Shown: one piece after another, positions 36,818-46,752 of the stretch
Layout: every line of letters starts with the position of its first letter
How positions within the stretch are numbered: position 1 is the stretch's first letter
Source: Pyrodictiaceae archaeon
GTDB taxonomy: Archaea; Thermoproteota; Thermoprotei_A; Sulfolobales; WANQ01
NCBI GenBank assembly: GCA_015521735.1
Contig: WANQ01000034.1
Span: 10,201 to 74,200 of the forward strand
Direction of reading: 5' to 3'
DNA length: 64,000 nucleotides
The notes under the pieces: model-generated
Seen by the model: the letters and a program-made list of their open reading frames with translations, nothing else
What the model was told of the DNA's origin: nothing
The model's database searches: none
Program-made: the position numbers and the translations under genes

Positions 36818-37109
36818 CATTATTTGAACTAAATGGAGGAGGCTCTTCACCCAGATCTACTGCAAATACTATAGTGTTTCCTAATGCATCCGTAAATTTT
36901 ACCTCAGCTACATATTTCTTTTTAAAGCCTTTTTCAAGTGATTTAAGTAAAGCATTGTATATCCTAGATATAGCCATTTGCAATGCTACAGGGCTTGAGA
37001 AATCTTCAGGTCTCAACTGTATTGATGACAGTTCTCCTAGAACTTCACCTATTCTAGCGTTTCCCGTGAAAATAGCTATTCTCTTCTTCTCCTCGCTACT
37101 CTCGTTCAT
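36774..37109 (-). CDS. Hypothetical protein (111 aa)
   Basis: ORF with an ATG start. No motif recognised. Confidence 0.45.
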   Translation of the reverse strand: MNESSEEKKRIAIFTGNARIGEVLGELSSIQLRPEDFSSPVALQMAISRIYNALLKSLEKGFKKKYVAEVKFTDALGNTIVFAVDLGEEPPPFSSNNVKARILVEIYEGED

Positions 37110-37242
37110 CTAAGCAGAACACCTATTTACGCTTAGTATGTCTGCATTAATAAGTTTATAACACTAAGTATAATCCTAAATGGTGGTTTAGGAATAAGAA
37201 AAATATGTTGACAGCGCTATAGGATTTTATTTTAACCTAGAT

Positions 37243-37554
37243 TTACTCTTCTTTTCTGACTATTGTTATCTCTATTGTTGATACTCTGCTCTGGCGGCCG
37301 TCTTGGCTTGTTACTGTCTGGCTACCTATTTTTACTTCTTTTACGTCGATTTTTCCTGGGAGGAATCTGTTTCTAACAATTTCAACTGTGTCTACTGCTT
37401 TGCTTATAGCTCTGCCTCTAGCCTTTACTACTATTTCATTTACACCTTGGTTTAGTAGTGTTAGCGTTGCTAGTACATAGTTCATTACGGGCTTCTTACC
37501 TACTAGGACTACATTACTTGGGGTTGGCTGGCTAGCTGACATGTCCTTCTTCAC
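37243..37554 (-). CDS. albA: Alba (Sso10b-type) DNA/RNA-binding chromatin protein
   Basis: [51 protein letters not shown]. Confidence 0.92.
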   Translation of the reverse strand: MKKDMSASQPTPSNVVLVGKKPVMNYVLATLTLLNQGVNEIVVKARGRAISKAVDTVEIVRNRFLPGKIDVKEVKIGSQTVTSQDGRQSRVSTIEITIVRKEE

Positions 37555-37632
37555 CTAACGTTGGTATATTAGCGTGTAGATGGCTAGTAGGTGGTTGTAT
37601 TTAAAGATTTCCCTATAGAGTGTAGTACTTGT

Positions 37633-38352
37633 TTAAGGTTTAACAGCATGTATAACTCTAGCCTTTGAAAACGGTAGTGACTTCGTTTCAATTATTCTTA
37701 ATCCAATCTCTATTAGACTAGTATATATTCTTTCTTGCATTAACCTTTCACTACCAATAAATATTGATAACCTCCCTCCTGGTTTAAGCAACTTAACTAG
37801 AGCTTTAAGGAAATTCATTGAATACAACTTCTTGTTTCTTCTAGGATTAGGTCCTCCATCATGTATTATGTGGTCGAATACATCGTTTAAACATTTTATT
37901 ATACGTGTAGCGTCAGCATAGATTATTTTCACATCACTTCTCCATAATACGTCTTGATAAACTTTAATGGGATTCTTATATAGTGCTATGAACAATATTT
38001 CACCAGAAACATCTATGGTTACATATATTGATGGTTTAACAGCATAGTGGACTACATATGCTGTTCTACCTAAGCCAGTACCTATTTCAAGTACTTTATC
38101 TCCATTTCTTAACACTTCAGGCCACGCTATGACAGAGCCTGCAAGCCCCATTCTAACTACATCTAAGGGCTCCTCCTTTGTATACCCAAGACCTCCTGTA
38201 ATATTGTCTATTATTTCTAATAGTTCACTAAAGTTTCTAAACGAGGTACCCTTGTGTTTTTCACTTATAATTCTCCTAACGATACCGTCGACTTCATCAT
38301 ACATTCTATTCCTTAACAGAGTACAGATACGTGTGTAGTATTCAGTATCCAT
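37633..38352 (-). CDS. Class I SAM-dependent methyltransferase
   Basis: Motif I VLEIGTGLGRTAYVV. Rossmann-like layout, 239 aa. Confidence 0.65.
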   Translation of the reverse strand: MDTEYYTRICTLLRNRMYDEVDGIVRRIISEKHKGTSFRNFSELLEIIDNITGGLGYTKEEPLDVVRMGLAGSVIAWPEVLRNGDKVLEIGTGLGRTAYVVHYAVKPSIYVTIDVSGEILFIALYKNPIKVYQDVLWRSDVKIIYADATRIIKCLNDVFDHIIHDGGPNPRRNKKLYSMNFLKALVKLLKPGGRLSIFIGSERLMQERIYTSLIEIGLRIIETKSLPFSKARVIHAVKP

Positions 38353-38435
38353 GGTTCATTCAAGTAGGTATTATTGTGCAGTAGCTTTTAAGGCTACGAC
38401 TTAATCGCCAGCATTCTTCAACGGGAACCAATAGT

Positions 38436-41400
38436 ATGGATGTAGTGTACGAGAGACTATGCTATAATTGTGGAGGCCCAATAAGTTCTCATAGACTGCG
38501 CCTAGGACTACCCTGTAAGACGTGTCTAGAGGACATTAGGTTAAATACACATGAACTAAATGACTATAGATTAAGGCTAGAAAAAGTATATAAAGAACTC
38601 GTTAAGAAAGGCAATGCTCAAGGAATAATCACTATTATGGAAGTAGAAGACGAAGTGAGAGAATTCGCAGAATTCTTTAAGAAAATCACTGGGCATAGCC
38701 TATGGAGTGCTCAGAGAGCTTGGGCTAGAAGACTAATACTTGGCGAGAGCTTCGCTATAATAGCTCCTACAGGAGTAGGGAAAACCACACTATTAGTAGT
38801 ATACTCAATTTACGTAGCTTTAAGCAGAGGAAAAGTATACTTTATAGTCCCAACTAATACGTTAGTTGAACAAGTACACAATATGTTCAAGAAATACAGT
38901 GAGAAAAGTAACGTAAAAGTCTTGGCATACACTTCACGTTTGCCTAAGAACAAAAAACAAGAAATTATAGATAGAATAACTAAAGGCGATTACCAAGTAC
39001 TTGTTACAACAGCTAACTTCCTCTTAAGAAACTATGAACTATTAAAGAATACTAGGTTTAAACTCGTAGTAGTAGATGACGTTGACGCTATACTACATAA
39101 TTCTAAGAACATTGAAAGAGTGCTTGAACTAATAGGCTTTAACGAGGAAATAATAAGTGAAACATTAAAGCTGGTCTTTTTGAAGATCCAGGCTGCTAAG
39201 ATACGTGCACTGGGTAAGGATGAGGAGTACCAAAAAATCCTTGACGAGATAGCTGAAATAAGCAATAAAATACATGAGTATAAAATCAAGAATAACATAG
39301 GACAACTAGTTTTAGCTAGTGCAACTGGAAGAGCAAGAGGCCTTAAGGTAAAATTATTTAAAGAACTCCTAGGCTTCGACATCGGTGGTATAAGTGAGTA
39401 TATGCGTAATATACTTGACGCATATACTGAACTCTATGATCCTATTGAACAGATAGTTAAAATATATAGAGAGCTGGGGCCTGGGGGACTAATATTCGTA
39501 TCTAAGGATCTAGGCGTTAAAACAGTAAAGATTCTACACAAGAAGTTGATGGAGAAAGGTATAAGATGTATAAAGGCTCTTTCGGGTTCAAGTTTCATTG
39601 AGAAAATTCAGAGAGGAGAAGCAGATTTAGTAATTGGTGTAGCATCATACTATGGTGTAATGGTTCGTGGACTAGATGAACCAGAGAAAATAAGATACGC
39701 TATATTCCTAGGCATACCTAAACATATAATATCACTCGAAAACGCATTGAAAAGCCCCTGGAGAATAATACAACTAGCATTAGCACTAGCAGATAAAGGA
39801 GTTAACATCGACAAAAGCTTACTGAATAAGCTAATACAGAGAATAAGTAGTCTAAAGACAAACGAGTTAACTGCATTAAGAATAGCATTAGCAAACAACG
39901 AAGAACTTAAGGGTAAGCTAGGTGAGATACTTGAAAATCTTGTTACCTTAAGAAAAATCGTTAAAGAGAAAATAAAAGAACTCTCCTATATAGATGACAT
40001 AGTTACAGATAACTTTATACTTAAAAACGATGGAAAAGGAGTTAAGATAATCATACCAGACGTAATGACCTATATACAAGCTAGTGGTAGGACAAGTAGA
40101 CTATACAAGGGACAAATGACTTTTGGTTTATCAATAATACTCGTAGATGACGAGAAAGTACTAGACATATTTGTAAAGAAGATGAGAAAATATTTCCCGA
40201 GATTTAATATCACTCGCCTAGAAGACCTAGACTTACCCAAACTACGTGAGAAAATCATTAAGAGTAGACAGAAAAACACTAACTACAATAATGCGTATAC
40301 ACCAGTAAAGACAGCTTTACTCATAGTAGAATCTCCAACCAAAGCCAAGACCATAGCTAGACTATTTGGGAAACCAGCTAAACGTAGACTTGGAAGACTA
40401 GTAGTATACGAAGTACCTGGATACATGAAAATAAATAATAAAGAATACATGTATCTGTTCCTAATAGCAGCTAGTTACGGTCATCTAACAGACTTAACTA
40501 TGAATAACATAGGCTTTCACGGAGTGATTACTAAGAACAACAAGTATATCCCAGTTTATAATACCATTAAGAGGTGCTTAAAATGTGGATATCAGTTTAC
40601 AAGCAATGACGAAAAATGTCCTAGATGTGGTTCATCAATCATAAATGATAGTATTGATATTATTAGAGCTCTTCAAAGATTAGCTGTTGAAGTAGATGAA
40701 GTATATATTGCCACAGATCCCGATATTGAGGGAGAGAAAATAGCCTGGGATATATTCAACATAGTAGCTGCCTACGTTAATGAAGACAACATCTATAGAC
40801 TAGACATATACGAGATAACTAGAAACGGCATTGAAAAAGCATTTGAGAAGCCAAGGAAAATAAACAATCAGTTAGTAAAAGCACAACTTGTTAGAAGAAT
40901 AACTGATAGATGGATAGGGTTTACACTAAGTAGCCACTTATGGGAAGTCTTTGGCCAAAGATGGCTAGGTGCTGGTAGAGTACAAACACCAGTACTAGGA
41001 TGGATCATAGACAGATATAATGAATGGCGTAGAAATAGAGGTTACAAGCTCTTACTCATAGTAGACAATGGCATTAAATTAGCACTATTCTTACAGGATA
41101 AGCTTAGACTAGAGGAAGTACTAAGCAAAGCTACTTCTAAGGGTATAAGAGTAGAATCAATAGAATTTTATGATCGAGAAGTACAGCCACCACCACCATA
41201 TACTACTGATACTCTACTAAGAGATGCTAGTCTAAAGCTAGGGTTAACTACATCTATAGCTATGAAGATTGCTCAACAATTATTTGAAGTAGGACTAATA
41301 ACTTACCACAGAACAGATAGTATACGTGTTTCTAATACTGGAATTAATGTAGCAAAAACTTATATATGCAATAATATGAAGGAATGCACATTATTTACTC

Positions 41401-42143
41401 CGAGACCATGGAGTAGTGAAGGCGCTCACGAAGCCATTAGGCCCACTAAGCCCATAGATGCCGAAGGGTTATTAAAAGGGATAGCAAACGGTGAAATAAC
41501 TGTACCTATACCGTTAACAAAATTACACATAAAATTATACGACCTCATATTCCGTAGATTCATAAGCAGTCAGATGAAGTCTTCAAGAATACTTTATGCT
41601 AAACTTAGATTAAATGTTGAAGGCTATGGACTAGTTGAAATAGAGTTGCCAGTAGAAATACTTGACAAAGGACATATAATAGTACTTGATAGAAACCTAC
41701 GTTTATATAATACTAAGTCGTTGACAAATAACTATGTGTTAAAGGTAAAAGAATACAAAATCGTACGGGCCTCACCTATAACGCTGTACACCTATGGCGA
41801 TTTAGTATGGCTAATGAAGACTAAAGGACTGGGACGGCCTAGTACTTATGCTAAAATATTAGAATCTATTAGACGCCACGGTTATGTAATTGAATCAAAG
41901 AGGAGAAAATACCTAATACCAACAAGTAATGGTATAAGAGTATACAACTACCTTACAACACACTTCCCTGAACTAGTCTCAGAAGAAACAACACGTAGAC
42001 TTGAGGAAATCCTAGAGTTAGTTGAGAAGGGATACAAGGATTATACTGAGGTCCTACATACAACTTACAGTATGATAACAGATCTAGTAGCCAAAGTACC
42101 TACAGTACCAGTAGTTGAGGCAAGTGGTCTAGAAGATGCTTAA
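38436..42143 (+). CDS. rgy: Reverse gyrase
   Basis: 1235 aa. N-terminal zinc finger CYNCGG...CKTC; helicase-like APTGVGKTT and VVVDDVDA; Toprim LIVESPTKAKTI and DPDIEGEKIAWD; topo IA active-site ITYHRTDS. Confidence 0.96.
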   Translation: MDVVYERLCYNCGGPISSHRLRLGLPCKTCLEDIRLNTHELNDYRLRLEKVYKELVKKGNAQGIITIMEVEDEVREFAEFFKKITGHSLWSAQRAWARRLILGESFAIIAPTGVGKTTLLVVYSIYVALSRGKVYFIVPTNTLVEQVHNMFKKYSEKSNVKVLAYTSRLPKNKKQEIIDRITKGDYQVLVTTANFLLRNYELLKNTRFKLVVVDDVDAILHNSKNIERVLELIGFNEEIISETLKLVFLKIQAAKIRALGKDEEYQKILDEIAEISNKIHEYKIKNNIGQLVLASATGRARGLKVKLFKELLGFDIGGISEYMRNILDAYTELYDPIEQIVKIYRELGPGGLIFVSKDLGVKTVKILHKKLMEKGIRCIKALSGSSFIEKIQRGEADLVIGVASYYGVMVRGLDEPEKIRYAIFLGIPKHIISLENALKSPWRIIQLALALADKGVNIDKSLLNKLIQRISSLKTNELTALRIALANNEELKGKLGEILENLVTLRKIVKEKIKELSYIDDIVTDNFILKNDGKGVKIIIPDVMTYIQASGRTSRLYKGQMTFGLSIILVDDEKVLDIFVKKMRKYFPRFNITRLEDLDLPKLREKIIKSRQKNTNYNNAYTPVKTALLIVESPTKAKTIARLFGKPAKRRLGRLVVYEVPGYMKINNKEYMYLFLIAASYGHLTDLTMNNIGFHGVITKNNKYIPVYNTIKRCLKCGYQFTSNDEKCPRCGSSIINDSIDIIRALQRLAVEVDEVYIATDPDIEGEKIAWDIFNIVAAYVNEDNIYRLDIYEITRNGIEKAFEKPRKINNQLVKAQLVRRITDRWIGFTLSSHLWEVFGQRWLGAGRVQTPVLGWIIDRYNEWRRNRGYKLLLIVDNGIKLALFLQDKLRLEEVLSKATSKGIRVESIEFYDREVQPPPPYTTDTLLRDASLKLGLTTSIAMKIAQQLFEVGLITYHRTDSIRVSNTGINVAKTYICNNMKECTLFTPRPWSSEGAHEAIRPTKPIDAEGLLKGIANGEITVPIPLTKLHIKLYDLIFRRFISSQMKSSRILYAKLRLNVEGYGLVEIELPVEILDKGHIIVLDRNLRLYNTKSLTNNYVLKVKEYKIVRASPITLYTYGDLVWLMKTKGLGRPSTYAKILESIRRHGYVIESKRRKYLIPTSNGIRVYNYLTTHFPELVSEETTRRLEEILELVEKGYKDYTEVLHTTYSMITDLVAKVPTVPVVEASGLEDA

Positions 42144-42172
42144 TCCTTTAACTCATCACATGATTTTAGGTC

Positions 42173-42436
42173 TTAGAATGCTCTTCTTATCTTAATTCTT
42201 ATGTATGATACTCTTCTAGTACCACTATACTCACTACCTATCTCAACACCAGCTAATTCAATGCTATCGCCTAACCTATCTCTCAATGCATTATATACTT
42301 CAACTGCCTTATTTATTGCTTCACCACGTGCCTTCAACTCTACTTCATCTATTCCTTGATTAAACATTACTATTACTGCTAAAACATAGTTTGATACTGA
42401 TTTTCTCCCAATAACCACAGTATTGGGCTCTACCAT
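42173..42436 (-). CDS. Alba paralog (Alba2-like)
   Basis: 87 aa: [49 protein letters not shown]. Confidence 0.85.
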   Translation of the reverse strand: MVEPNTVVIGRKSVSNYVLAVIVMFNQGIDEVELKARGEAINKAVEVYNALRDRLGDSIELAGVEIGSEYSGTRRVSYIRIKIRRAF

Positions 42437-42539
42437 TGCATACCCCTAGAACGAAGGTATGTGTGGGGTCTAAAAGGCATTTCCCATAATAATCCTCTAT
42501 TCATTATACTAGTTGTTCAGCTGGGATTACTATTCATCA

Positions 42540-43124
42540 TCAAATATTTTCAGTGGATAGGGCGTTCATCACATGTAATATGTTGTTCTCCAATAGTTTA
42601 AAGTCTTCTTTAATACTTTCAACTTTACTAATTATTTCATCTATATCCGTGAAAACATAGTGACTTGGAGAAACGTAGGGTAGTTCAAGTATATTTAGTT
42701 TCTTCTTAAGCATAGTAGCCTTAATCACTTTTTTCTTAGGATGAATCATTATCATCCAATAGTTATTATGTTTATGTAAAGCTATTATTCTAGATCCATC
42801 ATTTATAGTTGTTTTAAATACATTTTTTACTAATCTTAAGAACTTGCCTTGATCTATTTTTCTTAGCCTTATTAAACCATTGACTTCAATGCTGTATGAC
42901 GTACAGTACTCGTTTACTATATTTCTTAGTTCATCTACGTTTGGTTGCAAGTTAAGTATATCAAGTACAAACGCTATCCTACGTTGATCCTCGTCAATAT
43001 CGAGTATGCTAGCATTTATTTTCTGTAGAAGCTTTACTGCTCTAATAAGAATCCTATCATGCCTAATACTTAGCCTACCTATAAGTGTGAGTTTGCGCTC
43101 AGCCGGGGATAACGCGTTCACCAT
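42540..43124 (-). CDS. Hypothetical protein (194 aa)
   Basis: ORF on the same strand and downstream of the Lhr-type helicase. No motif recognised. Confidence 0.45.
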   Translation of the reverse strand: MVNALSPAERKLTLIGRLSIRHDRILIRAVKLLQKINASILDIDEDQRRIAFVLDILNLQPNVDELRNIVNEYCTSYSIEVNGLIRLRKIDQGKFLRLVKNVFKTTINDGSRIIALHKHNNYWMIMIHPKKKVIKATMLKKKLNILELPYVSPSHYVFTDIDEIISKVESIKEDFKLLENNILHVMNALSTENI

Positions 43125-43187
43125 TCACTCTACCTCGAATTCATCATTGCATACACTATACTCTTATGTCATAACTAAAATAATGTG

Positions 43188-43240
43188 TCAGGAACACGAG
43201 CCTTCAACATTTCCTTATTCTGCTCCGTGGCGTTCATCAT
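43188..43240 (-). ncRNA. Box C/D sRNA candidate (both guides 12 nt)
   Basis: Minus strand: C AUGAUGA (43240-34), 12 nt ACGCCACGGAGC, D'-like AGAA, 7-nt linker, C' AUGUUGA, 12 nt AGGCUCGUGUUC, D CUGA (43191-88). 53 nt, intergenic. Confidence 0.65.
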
Positions 43241-43256
43241 CCAAGTTATACATGTA

Positions 43257-46109
43257 TTACACAGAGCCTTTAAGTTTCTGTAGAAATGCTGCTCCATTAA
43301 GTGCTATGTAGGGTATTAAGTCTTTTGAGACATAGTAGTACTTGGGCGATAGTGATTGAAGAAGGCTCGACGATAGTGGTGTAACCTTAACTTCATATGC
43401 TTCGTCTACGGGTATCTTCTTCTTAAATCTCTCTACGTCTTCTAAAACCTCCTTAGGTGTAAAGTACACTGGAATATATGACTCACCGCTAGCAGGCTTT
43501 ATTTGTAGTAGGAATGCTTCATTTAGGTCACTAGGTGTAAAGGATTCACTAAAGATTTCGCTTGATACAATTACTTTAACATCTCTAGCCAATGCCCACC
43601 TCCATTCACCCAACTCTACATCAAGGAACTGGAATACTCTATCAATGCTACCAGGTTTTCTAAGTTCTTTGAGCTTATGTTCAATGGTTTTAGGAGGTAA
43701 ACCTGTTATCTCAGCTAACTCGTCTATAGTGAAAGCCATTCCATCAAGATTACGTACTATTACACCACTAACATCGGGAATCCATGGTCTTATCTCAGGC
43801 ATTCTCCTTAAATAGCCTGCAAGCGGTGAAAGTATCTTAGGTGACCCCAAGTCAACTATTTCCACTTCACCCCTCCTTAATGATTCTACGAACTTCTTTG
43901 CTCCTTCTACATCAAAGTAGTACTGAATAGTTTGTCTTAGCGCTTCTTTTGACAATAATGCATCATTGTCTTCATCTACCTTACCTATCTTACCAAAGCT
44001 TAACTGTAATTCCTTAAGCATTGCAGCATAAAGTGGTGATCTCCTAACAGCTTCATAGACCAATTTCTCTACATCAAGCTCAGTTAAGCTTTTCAGCAAT
44101 TCAACTACATCTATTCTACTGGTTCTTACGGAAAAACCGTAGAAAGCAGATCTTATTGCTACTTGAAGTGTATGTTTAGATGATACAAGATACATTAGCA
44201 TGTGGGCTATGGTGTTAGCTATACGTTCCCCTAAGAATACAGTAAAGAATACCTCATCTCCCATTCTTTCTACAATAATCCTACGAGTAGTTGGTATCGG
44301 TATACCCAGCTTCTTATAGACATTAACTAAACTAACAAGTCTTGATACAACATTGCTTGGTATCCTAATGTTTTCTGGAACATCTATGTAGCCTTTAGCC
44401 CATGCTTCTTCAAGTACTCTACTCGACTCTAATGCTATTATATTATCCCTTTTAACACCTTCACCTCTCCACAATGGAACCTCTGATTCACGTACATCAG
44501 CTTCAACTACATCTATTCTCATGAGGTTCTCGTCTATTGATACTACTCTCCAAGTCTTACCAGCAAGTCTAAATACATCACCTACACGTAGGTACTTGTA
44601 TACGTATACTGCATCAACATCACCTACAGTTTTATCATCATACTTGACTGTAAACGCTCTACGTTCACCTATAAATGAGAAGAATTCTGCAAAACTTCTC
44701 ATCCACCACCTTCTAACTCCTTCATCAAATCTCCATATCTTATAGAATACTGGGCCAAGTTTTATCTTTGAACCATTTCTCTCAATTACCTTCATCTGAC
44801 TTAAATACTTAATTAATTCATTGAATTCACTAACGGTTAAGTCTCTAAACGGGTATGATGCTTTGAGTATCTTGTAAGCATATTCTAAGTCCACTTCACC
44901 AAACTGAAGACACATTCCCATAAGTTCTCTTGCTGCAACATCGAGGGGTTTAGTTAGGGTTTTAGTTGGCTCAAGTTTTCTCCTAATCAGTAATCTTGCC
45001 GTAGCAATGGCTTCAAGAACGTCTACATCATCTAAGCAGATTACAGCGCCAATAGACTTATCTCCTATTCTATGTCCACTTCTACCAATTCGTTGTATAA
45101 GTGATGTAACTGATCCGGGGGGTCTAAACTGTATAACTGATTTCACACTTCCCAAATCTATTCCTAGTTCAAGAGTCTTAGTACATACAACTGTGTTAAC
45201 AATACCTTTTCTCAATAATTCCTCTGTTTCTTGTCTAACTTCCCTTGAAACAGATGAGTGGTGTACTGCTACTCCCTTTACACCCATTTTTTCTATAGCT
45301 TCATGTAAGCGTTCAGCAGTAAACCTAGAGTTGACGAACACTAGCGATGGTGGATCCACATGCTTTAATATCACTTTAACTGCATTACTCCAAAGTTCAT
45401 CATTTGATCCATACTCTACATAGTCTATTCTCACCTCGAAATCCTTTGCCTCCTTAACCTCAACTATTTCTCTAGGCCTCTTGGAAGAACCAAATATGAG
45501 ATTTGCAGCCTCCTCCGGACTACCAATAGTAGCTGATAACCCTATTACTTGGAAATCTTTACCAGTAATCTCTCTAAGTCTCTCTAAGAGAACTGCTAAC
45601 TGTACACCACGTTTCGTACCTACAAGTTCATGTACTTCATCCACTATAACCCATCTAACATTTACATAATATTCACGAAATCTTGACGCCCAGTCGAGAT
45701 CTATTTCAAGGCTCTCAGGCGTTATTATGAGTATGTGTGGAACTTTCCTAAGCCTTCGTGCTCGCTCACTTTGCGGGACATCACCATGCTTTCTAGCTAC
45801 TATGAAACTTAGCTTATTAGCCCACCACTGAATCCTAATCATTAAATCATTGATGAGAGCCCGTAGTGGTGTTATATATAAGACTGCTATAGGTTCAACG
45901 TTTTCGTTAAGCATCATTGAGAGAACAGGTATTATAGCCGCCTCTGTTTTACCATAGCCTGTAGGAGCTATTATCAACGTGTTATAGCCTTTGAGAATAC
46001 TAGGTATGCCTTTAATCTGAGGTAGAGTGAGGTCATTCCATCCACGTAACCGTATAAGTTCCCTCACCTTAGGATGCAGCAAACCTAGTATTTCATCACC
46101 ATTACCCAT
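43257..46109 (-). CDS. lhr: Lhr-type (large helicase-related) SF2 ATP-dependent DNA helicase
   Basis: 950 aa. IIAPTGYGKTEAAIIP, VIVDEVHEL, TKTLELGIDLG and IQRIGRSGHR, followed by a long Lhr-like C-terminal extension. Confidence 0.85.
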   Translation of the reverse strand: MGNGDEILGLLHPKVRELIRLRGWNDLTLPQIKGIPSILKGYNTLIIAPTGYGKTEAAIIPVLSMMLNENVEPIAVLYITPLRALINDLMIRIQWWANKLSFIVARKHGDVPQSERARRLRKVPHILIITPESLEIDLDWASRFREYYVNVRWVIVDEVHELVGTKRGVQLAVLLERLREITGKDFQVIGLSATIGSPEEAANLIFGSSKRPREIVEVKEAKDFEVRIDYVEYGSNDELWSNAVKVILKHVDPPSLVFVNSRFTAERLHEAIEKMGVKGVAVHHSSVSREVRQETEELLRKGIVNTVVCTKTLELGIDLGSVKSVIQFRPPGSVTSLIQRIGRSGHRIGDKSIGAVICLDDVDVLEAIATARLLIRRKLEPTKTLTKPLDVAARELMGMCLQFGEVDLEYAYKILKASYPFRDLTVSEFNELIKYLSQMKVIERNGSKIKLGPVFYKIWRFDEGVRRWWMRSFAEFFSFIGERRAFTVKYDDKTVGDVDAVYVYKYLRVGDVFRLAGKTWRVVSIDENLMRIDVVEADVRESEVPLWRGEGVKRDNIIALESSRVLEEAWAKGYIDVPENIRIPSNVVSRLVSLVNVYKKLGIPIPTTRRIIVERMGDEVFFTVFLGERIANTIAHMLMYLVSSKHTLQVAIRSAFYGFSVRTSRIDVVELLKSLTELDVEKLVYEAVRRSPLYAAMLKELQLSFGKIGKVDEDNDALLSKEALRQTIQYYFDVEGAKKFVESLRRGEVEIVDLGSPKILSPLAGYLRRMPEIRPWIPDVSGVIVRNLDGMAFTIDELAEITGLPPKTIEHKLKELRKPGSIDRVFQFLDVELGEWRWALARDVKVIVSSEIFSESFTPSDLNEAFLLQIKPASGESYIPVYFTPKEVLEDVERFKKKIPVDEAYEVKVTPLSSSLLQSLSPKYYYVSKDLIPYIALNGAAFLQKLKGSV

Positions 46110-46246
46110 GTTAAACCCACCGCTTAGACCGTTAGCATATACTGTTTACCGCCACATACCTTACAGACACTATACAACCATAGCGTTATCCTATCACCCA
46201 CACCCTTTAAAAAGCCTAACGGGTACCCAGCACTAGGGATAGCTAA

Positions 46247-46489
46247 TTGACTGAGAAATACACGTGCATTACATGTGGTAGAAAATTCCCCAAAGGCCAA
46301 GGAGTCATAGTAGAAGTAGGGAAAACAATACTAACATTCCACAGCACTAGATGTGCAACAAAATTCTTTAAACTACTCATAGAAAGAGTAGAAAACAAGG
46401 ATATCATTGAAAGAGCTGCACGACAACTGATAAGAGAACTCAATGAGCAGAGAATGAAAATAGAGGAAGTAAAGAGGAAGAAAATATAG
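46247..46489 (+). CDS. Small zinc-ribbon protein (L24e/TRASH-like N-terminus)
   Basis: 80 aa, TTG start. YTCITCGRKFPKGQGVIVEVGKTILTFHSTRCATKF. TATA-like CTTTAAAAAG lies about 40 nt upstream. Confidence 0.45.
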   Translation: MTEKYTCITCGRKFPKGQGVIVEVGKTILTFHSTRCATKFFKLLIERVENKDIIERAARQLIRELNEQRMKIEEVKRKKI

Positions 46490-46526
46490 ACTCTAGTACC
46501 TACACTTATGTAATAGAGCCCAGTTA

Positions 46527-46586
46527 GGCGATGAAGACTGTGGCGGTCTCAGATGAATAGATGAAGACTTAGGAGCCCACTGAGCC
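46527..46586 (+). ncRNA. Box C/D-like sRNA candidate (weaker)
   Basis: GGC/GCC terminal pairs, C-like GCGAUGA, D CUGA (46580-83), and an internal 10-nt duplication GAUGAAGACU marking C and C'. 60 nt. Confidence 0.35.
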
Positions 46587-46752
46587 TAAAACCATTGGAT
46601 ACAATTGATATCATTTATGATAAGTTTCTCCTACTTAGTTCACTAATCAAGGAATACATCAAGAAATATTGTCATGCTGTCCTCCGAAGAGGTTAACTAC
46701 ATTATCTTCGCGAGGTAGGAGAGGCTATTAGGATCAAGAAAAAGAGAATTTA

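Noticed and set aside
42500-42542. C box AUGAUGA-13 nt-CUGA on the minus strand after the 194-aa ORF
   Set aside because: The AUGAUGA overlaps the TGA stop (tandem TGATGA). There is no acceptable terminal D box (GGGA only) downstream, so it is likely chance.
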